From Nemertoderma westbladi (lineage: Eukaryota > Animalia > Xenacoelomorpha), in the NCBI GenBank assembly GCA_032718475.1, contig JAUCBJ010006816.1, positions 60,162-124,161 of the forward strand: a stretch of DNA of 64,000 nt, in the 5' to 3' direction. The position numbers and the translations under genes were made by a program. Positions within the stretch are counted from its first letter, which is position 1. Each line of letters opens with the position of its first letter. This document shows positions 59,238 through 64,000 of this stretch, one piece after another. The notes under the pieces are model-generated. The model was not told the origin of the DNA, made no database searches, and saw only the letters and a program-made list of their open reading frames with translations.

Positions 59238-60795
59238 TTGGGTAAACTGCACATGGAACTCTCCGCCGGCGATCGCACATATACGGACTGGGTCTATTGG
59301 TGTGTGGGTTTGGGCAATGTTGTATACTTGTCTCTCCAAGCTTGTAAAGGGCTTGGAATTGTGGAGGATAACTTCCCAACACCACGGGAAATTAACGCAA
59401 CCACCTCCACACCCAAACCTATAGAGCACTGTGAGACGACTGAGCCATATACCAACATTGCAATAACGGACACTGGTGGCACACAACCGCTCATCAGTGA
59501 CACACAACCGCACATCAGTGGCGCACCTCTCCTCAACAGCGGCGCCCAAACGCCACTTATCGCACAACGCGCAACATATGTGGCCACCATGAAACAAGGC
59601 ATAGAGAATGAGGCGACCAAACTAAAACTCATGGAGGAATTTAAAGATGTCTTTGCCTCCAAGGGTCACCTCCTAACCATGTCCGGCCCACCAATGAGCA
59701 TCCAATTAGTGGACGGTGCGCAACCATTCTGCGTAAATGCGGCTCGACCCATACCCTTCCCTCTCCGTGAGAAAGTGCGCCAGGAACTGGCTCAGATGGA
59801 GGAGAAGGGTATCATAGAACGCATCGGGGACCGACCAACCGCCTGGTGCCATCCTATAGTTGTGTGCAACAAACCCAACCGCCCTGGTGAAATTCGCATG
59901 ACTGTGGACTTAACAAAACTTAACTCACAGGTCATGCGAACCATACACAACTCTAGGACGCCACACGATGTAGTCTCTGACCGGACTAAGGGAACCTGCA
60001 TATTCACCACGCTAGACGCAAAGTCTGGCTATTGGCAGGTTGCCTTAGACGAAGACTCACGTGATCTAACGACCTTCATTACGCCGTGGGGCCGTTTTCG
60101 TTATTGCCGTGCCCCCATGGGCTTTATATCAGCTGGAGACAGCTATAACTTCAGGGGCGATATGGCACTCCAAGGCGTAACCCAGGTCCATAAGATCGTC
60201 GATGATATACTCATCGAAGATACCAACATTCGGGAACACATCGAACGGGTCCGCACCATTCTCGAGAAGTGTCGTGCAGCCGGAATCACACTTCACCCAG
60301 AAAAATTTAACTTTGCTAAACCAAGCGTTAAGTTTGCTGGTTTCATTGTCACCGAGAATGGAACTGAGGTGGACCCAGGTAAAATTAAAGCAATCGCTGA
60401 ATATCCTACCCCAAAGAACGTAACGGATCTTCGCAGTTTTATGGGGCTGGTTAATCAATTAGGACATTTTTCCAGCGATATCAGCACCACAGCGGCACCT
60501 CTGCGTGATCTGCTTCGAACAAGGAACGAGTTCCTATGGACTGCGAACCACCAACAAGCGTTCCAGCGGGTTAAAACCGCCCTCGTTCAACCACCTGTAC
60601 TCGCTCCGTTCGACTTGAAAGCAGAAACAAGACTCGAAACGGACGCCAGTCGTCTCCATGGCTTTGGTTTTAACTTACTCCAACGACACGGGGACCACTT
60701 CAAACTTATAGCTTGTGGCAGCAGGTTCATCAGCGACCCGGAAACAAGGTATGCCACGATTGAACTGGAAGCTATTGCTATCCGGTACGCCATTA
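59238..60795 (+). pseudogene. pol: Gypsy RT and partial RNase H
   Basis: IRMTVDLTKLN, LDAKSGYWQV, TPWGRF, IVDDILI, LETDAS, YATIELE. Confidence 0.92.
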
Positions 60796-63700
60796 ATTTC
60801 AATTCAATTTCATTCCCGGCTTGAGCCCCGGTGGCTATATTATATATTCAATATAAAATGGTCATACACACAAATATATAAGAAAAAATTTTATTACAAG
60901 AACCATCTCAAAGAAAGAGAAACACAATTACAGCATATTCAATACAAATTAAAAATATTGTGTCGTCCTTAATATTAATTCTTCATAACCTGGAGGTCTC
61001 TCCGAGACGTAAAGCACCCCCCCCCCCCCCCCCCCCCCCCTCCTTAAAGTTAAACCCAGTTTTTATCGTAATAATCAAGGATACACTGCCTTTTCAATGA
61101 TATACTTGTTTCAACATCATTTAGGATGGAGTTTATGAGGATCTTGTTGAACTGATCACGGTAGGTAAATTCTGGATACTGTTGACTTTTTAGAACTGCT
61201 TTAATATCATATCGGTGGCAACAGAGATATGGTAAACTAGGTGTAGTATATTTAAAAGATCCCACTGCATAATCATCATACATATTATCTTTAATTTGGC
61301 TAGTCATGTGCCGAGTTAGCACATGACTAAACAGATAAGTTACTTTTCTGTTATTACAGTTGAAAGCGGCATAAATTGTACGGCAGTATGCATGGTGTAC
61401 TAAGTTGCCTAGTCCTTGAGAACCAAATAGTAATAATAATGTATTATCAGATACATAATTCCCTACGTGTAAAACACAGCGCATTGCTTTCCTCCAATAT
61501 TTATCGAGTTCTTCTAACATTGCCAATGGAATAGCGGCAGCTCCATACAAAGCTGATGGGATAAGAATCGCTTTCCATATCATTGTTGTTATATCTAGTG
61601 GTACGGAATCAACTGTCAACCCACGATTTTTCATTGTAGATACATTACTCCATATTTTCTTAACAAAGTGGTCTCTGATATTTCGGTTCGTTGCTGGTAT
61701 TGGAAGACCTAAGAAATTACAAGATTCAGCTGTTGGGATAACTATGCCATCACTTAAGACTAGATTTCCATTATATTCGTTATAACATGATTTTGTTTTA
61801 CTTATTACATACCACGACTTCTTAGAGTTTAGAACTAGGTTGTGGGCTGAAAAATATGTTTTGCAGATCGCCATTATCTCATGGATGTCACTCTTTAGGT
61901 TCGCCATAAGAAGTATATCGTCAGCATAACTTATAGCTGGATAAGCTTCTTTGTTAATGTGTAATCCCATACCAGACATTTCAAGCTCGTTAAATAAGTC
62001 GGATAAATATATATTAAATAAGATGGGAGACAATACCCCACCTTGTCTGACGCCACATTTCAAGTGGATTGACTCCCTAGTAATGTTCCCATTAATTGAG
62101 ATCAGCGCGCACGAGTTTATATAATAGGAATATAACGTTATCAGAATTGATTTATCAATATTTGTATTTTCCAACTTTTCAAACAGTTTTTTGTAGTTTA
62201 CTGTGTCAAATGCACTTGTTAGATCAAGAGATACTATATAAACGTTCGAACCTTCCCTGTTAAAGTGCTTGAGTAATTTGTTAGCTAACATGTATGGTAT
62301 ATCTGTTCCATGACCAGATTTATATCCCATTTGTAGTGGACTTGTGTCAATTCGTTTTATGTCATCTGCTACCATTATTTCCCAGATTTTCGCCAGCACG
62401 GATATAACGGAGATACCTCTGTAGCTCCCATTTTTATAAATGTCTCGATTTCCACTTTTTAGTTGAGGTAGAAGAAGGCTAGTTGTTAGAACATCTGGGA
62501 ATGACTTTAATCTGTGAATGGTATTGTATAGAGAGGCAAGATAAGAACATAGCTCTTCTGAGAGGCTAGCCCTTAGATGTTCAGAAACTAGGTTGTGACT
62601 ATCTGCTGCTTTACCCATGTTCAGTTTGCGGATAGCAGTGTCTACATCGGCTGAGGAAAATGCTTTAATATGTCCCAAGGCATCTGCTGTTGTCTTCTCA
62701 TTGGGATGCCAAGTTTGTTCCCCAATTTCCTTTGGATTGAAACATTTATTATAATGGTTTACCAGATTATTCGCATTGACATCTGACATGCTTGTGTTTC
62801 CTTCTGCCTTAAGCAGATTCCAAAACTTAGTGCGATTTGATTTGCAAGAATCTGTTAAGTTACGGATATGCTCCCAGTATGCATTTTGTTCTAAGCGACT
62901 CTTTAGCCTTCTATATTCTAAATCTGCAATTGTCACTTTCTGACCTGTTTTGTGCAAAGATTTCAGCTTATCTAGTTGCCCCCAATTTGCAGCAGCTTGT
63001 TTAGGAACATATGCAGGTTTAAATTTATGCCTACGTGGGTACACTACGGGTATGTTATCCTTTGCAGCATCATTTAGAACACCAATTAGTGTTTTTGACA
63101 TTGAATTTGATGCATTAGCTTCCTCATATTCAGATTCTTTATATTTATGGTTTATATCCCTTAATTTAGTTGTAACACAGTTTTTGTACTCACACAACTG
63201 GTCTTTCGTTGCTCTTTTGAACATATAAACAGGAGACCTTTTCTTCTTCCAAATATTATTGCTTTGTGTATTGGTAACATTTTCTGATTCATCTAGTGTG
63301 AACGTCACCCATACCGCTGTGTGGTCTGACTTATTAAGTGGCTGTGGGTCAAGAACATTGTTAGTTTCTGTGCAGGCAGAGATATTTACTGATGTCACTA
63401 CATGGTCTATTAATGAAGATCGAGTGACTTGTCCAAAAATATTTTTAAATCTGTATGACACCGGTTGGATACCCGATGGCCTTGTTGTATTAACTGTTAC
63501 GAGTCCAAAGGGCTTTATTATATGATCATTAAATACATATTTAAAGTCTCCAGTTTTGGAAGCTTGACTATATAGCATATTGGAAAGAACATTGCAGTTT
63601 ATGTCCCCAGCAATAATAATTTCACAGTCTTTTTCTATTGAGTCCTGTAATGATGCACTCAGGCTAGCACAGACTTCGAGGAAGTGTATCCTATTTTCGG

Positions 63701-64000
63701 GATCTCCACAATTGGCAGGCATATATATTCCAAAAAGATCAATATCTTTGGTAAACAGGCCTTTAATTGATAGTCCAACTATGCGATCACTGACTGTATG
63801 GATTTTTGAGCAATGTTGATAAATTTCTTCTTTGGTAATTATGGCTACTCCCCCTTCCCCACGCACTCTTGTTTTTGTATTTAACATACCATCTGCTACT
63901 GAGTATGAACACTTGTAGCCTTTTGGAAGCCGTTTGTGGTTGAAGTAGTATAGTGATTCTCTGGAACCTAGCCAATGTTCTTGTAACACAAGAATATCTG
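60796..64000 (-). mobile_element. APE-RT LINE (RTE-X-like), 5' end outside window, with short (ATTGA/AATTG)-type tail at the junction
   Basis: Interrupts the Gypsy RNase H; ~250-bp 3'UTR; intact ORF. Confidence 0.85.
61050..63998 (-). CDS. LINE ORF: AP endonuclease + reverse transcriptase (open to window edge)
   Basis: DILVLQEHW, GGVAI, GIYMP, AGDIN, IDHVV, SDH; SEHL, YRGIS, LDLTSAFDTV, GVRQGGVLSP, YADD. Confidence 0.93.
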   Translation of the reverse strand, partial: DILVLQEHWLGSRESLYYFNHKRLPKGYKCSYSVADGMLNTKTRVRGEGGVAIITKEEIYQHCSKIHTVSDRIVGLSIKGLFTKDIDLFGIYMPANCGDPENRIHFLEVCASLSASLQDSIEKDCEIIIAGDINCNVLSNMLYSQASKTGDFKYVFNDHIIKPFGLVTVNTTRPSGIQPVSYRFKNIFGQVTRSSLIDHVVTSVNISACTETNNVLDPQPLNKSDHTAVWVTFTLDESENVTNTQSNNIWKKKRSPVYMFKRATKDQLCEYKNCVTTKLRDINHKYKESEYEEANASNSMSKTLIGVLNDAAKDNIPVVYPRRHKFKPAYVPKQAAANWGQLDKLKSLHKTGQKVTIADLEYRRLKSRLEQNAYWEHIRNLTDSCKSNRTKFWNLLKAEGNTSMSDVNANNLVNHYNKCFNPKEIGEQTWHPNEKTTADALGHIKAFSSADVDTAIRKLNMGKAADSHNLVSEHLRASLSEELCSYLASLYNTIHRLKSFPDVLTTSLLLPQLKSGNRDIYKNGSYRGISVISVLAKIWEIMVADDIKRIDTSPLQMGYKSGHGTDIPYMLANKLLKHFNREGSNVYIVSLDLTSAFDTVNYKKLFEKLENTNIDKSILITLYSYYINSCALISINGNITRESIHLKCGVRQGGVLSPILFNIYLSDLFNELEMSGMGLHINKEAYPAISYADDILLMANLKSDIHEIMAICKTYFSAHNLVLNSKKSWYVISKTKSCYNEYNGNLVLSDGIVIPTAESCNFLGLPIPATNRNIRDHFVKKIWSNVSTMKNRGLTVDSVPLDITTMIWKAILIPSALYGAAAIPLAMLEELDKYWRKAMRCVLHVGNYVSDNTLLLLFGSQGLGNLVHHAYCRTIYAAFNCNNRKVTYLFSHVLTRHMTSQIKDNMYDDYAVGSFKYTTPSLPYLCCHRYDIKAVLKSQQYPEFTYRDQFNKILINSILNDVETSISLKRQCILDYYDKNWV

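Larger units (their letters stand above)
57442..60795 (+). mobile_element. Ty3/Gypsy (Mag-like) LTR retrotransposon, disrupted, truncated in RNase H by a LINE
   Basis: LTR starting TGTCGTG at 57442 to ~57664; PBS TGGCGCATCGTGCGG at 57665; gag-protease-RT-RH order. Confidence 0.9.

Noticed and set aside
845-63975. Numerous 60-240 aa antisense/overlapping ORFs in the track
   Set aside because: They are shadows of TE ORFs or low-complexity repeats with no recognisable motifs.

Overview
This is AT-rich animal (invertebrate-like) genomic DNA, not prokaryotic. One intact host gene sits in the centre: an 11-exon cyclic-nucleotide-gated channel alpha subunit (CNGA-like) on the minus strand, 26200-43117, about 859 aa, reconstructed by hand with consistent GT-AG phases. 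It is flanked by two back-to-back copies of one BEL/Pao LTR-retrotransposon family (BEL-2A 8657-20812 minus; BEL-2B 47337-57441 plus), and each copy carries nested insertions. On the left, a CRE-clade RLE non-LTR element (11-bp TSD) sits in the BEL-2A leader, and a different, apparently intact BEL/Pao element (BEL-1, <1-8656) sits in the BEL-2A gag. On the right, a Ty3/Gypsy (Mag-like) element interrupts the BEL-2B integrase and is itself interrupted by an RTE-X-like LINE. The most unusual object is BEL-1. Between pol and its 3' LTR it carries an array of 21 short hairpin repeats (~32-bp period), followed by an extra 844-aa ORF with a DEDDy (WRN/Mut-7/EXD-like) 3'-5' exonuclease-like domain and CCHC zinc knuckles. 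Introns and spacers hold a Sola2-like DNA transposon relic, MITEs, tRNA-derived SINEs expanded into 63-bp minisatellites, RTE fragments, and two minisatellites built from the channel gene's own splice donors. Family assignments come from motif recognition only; no searches were run.
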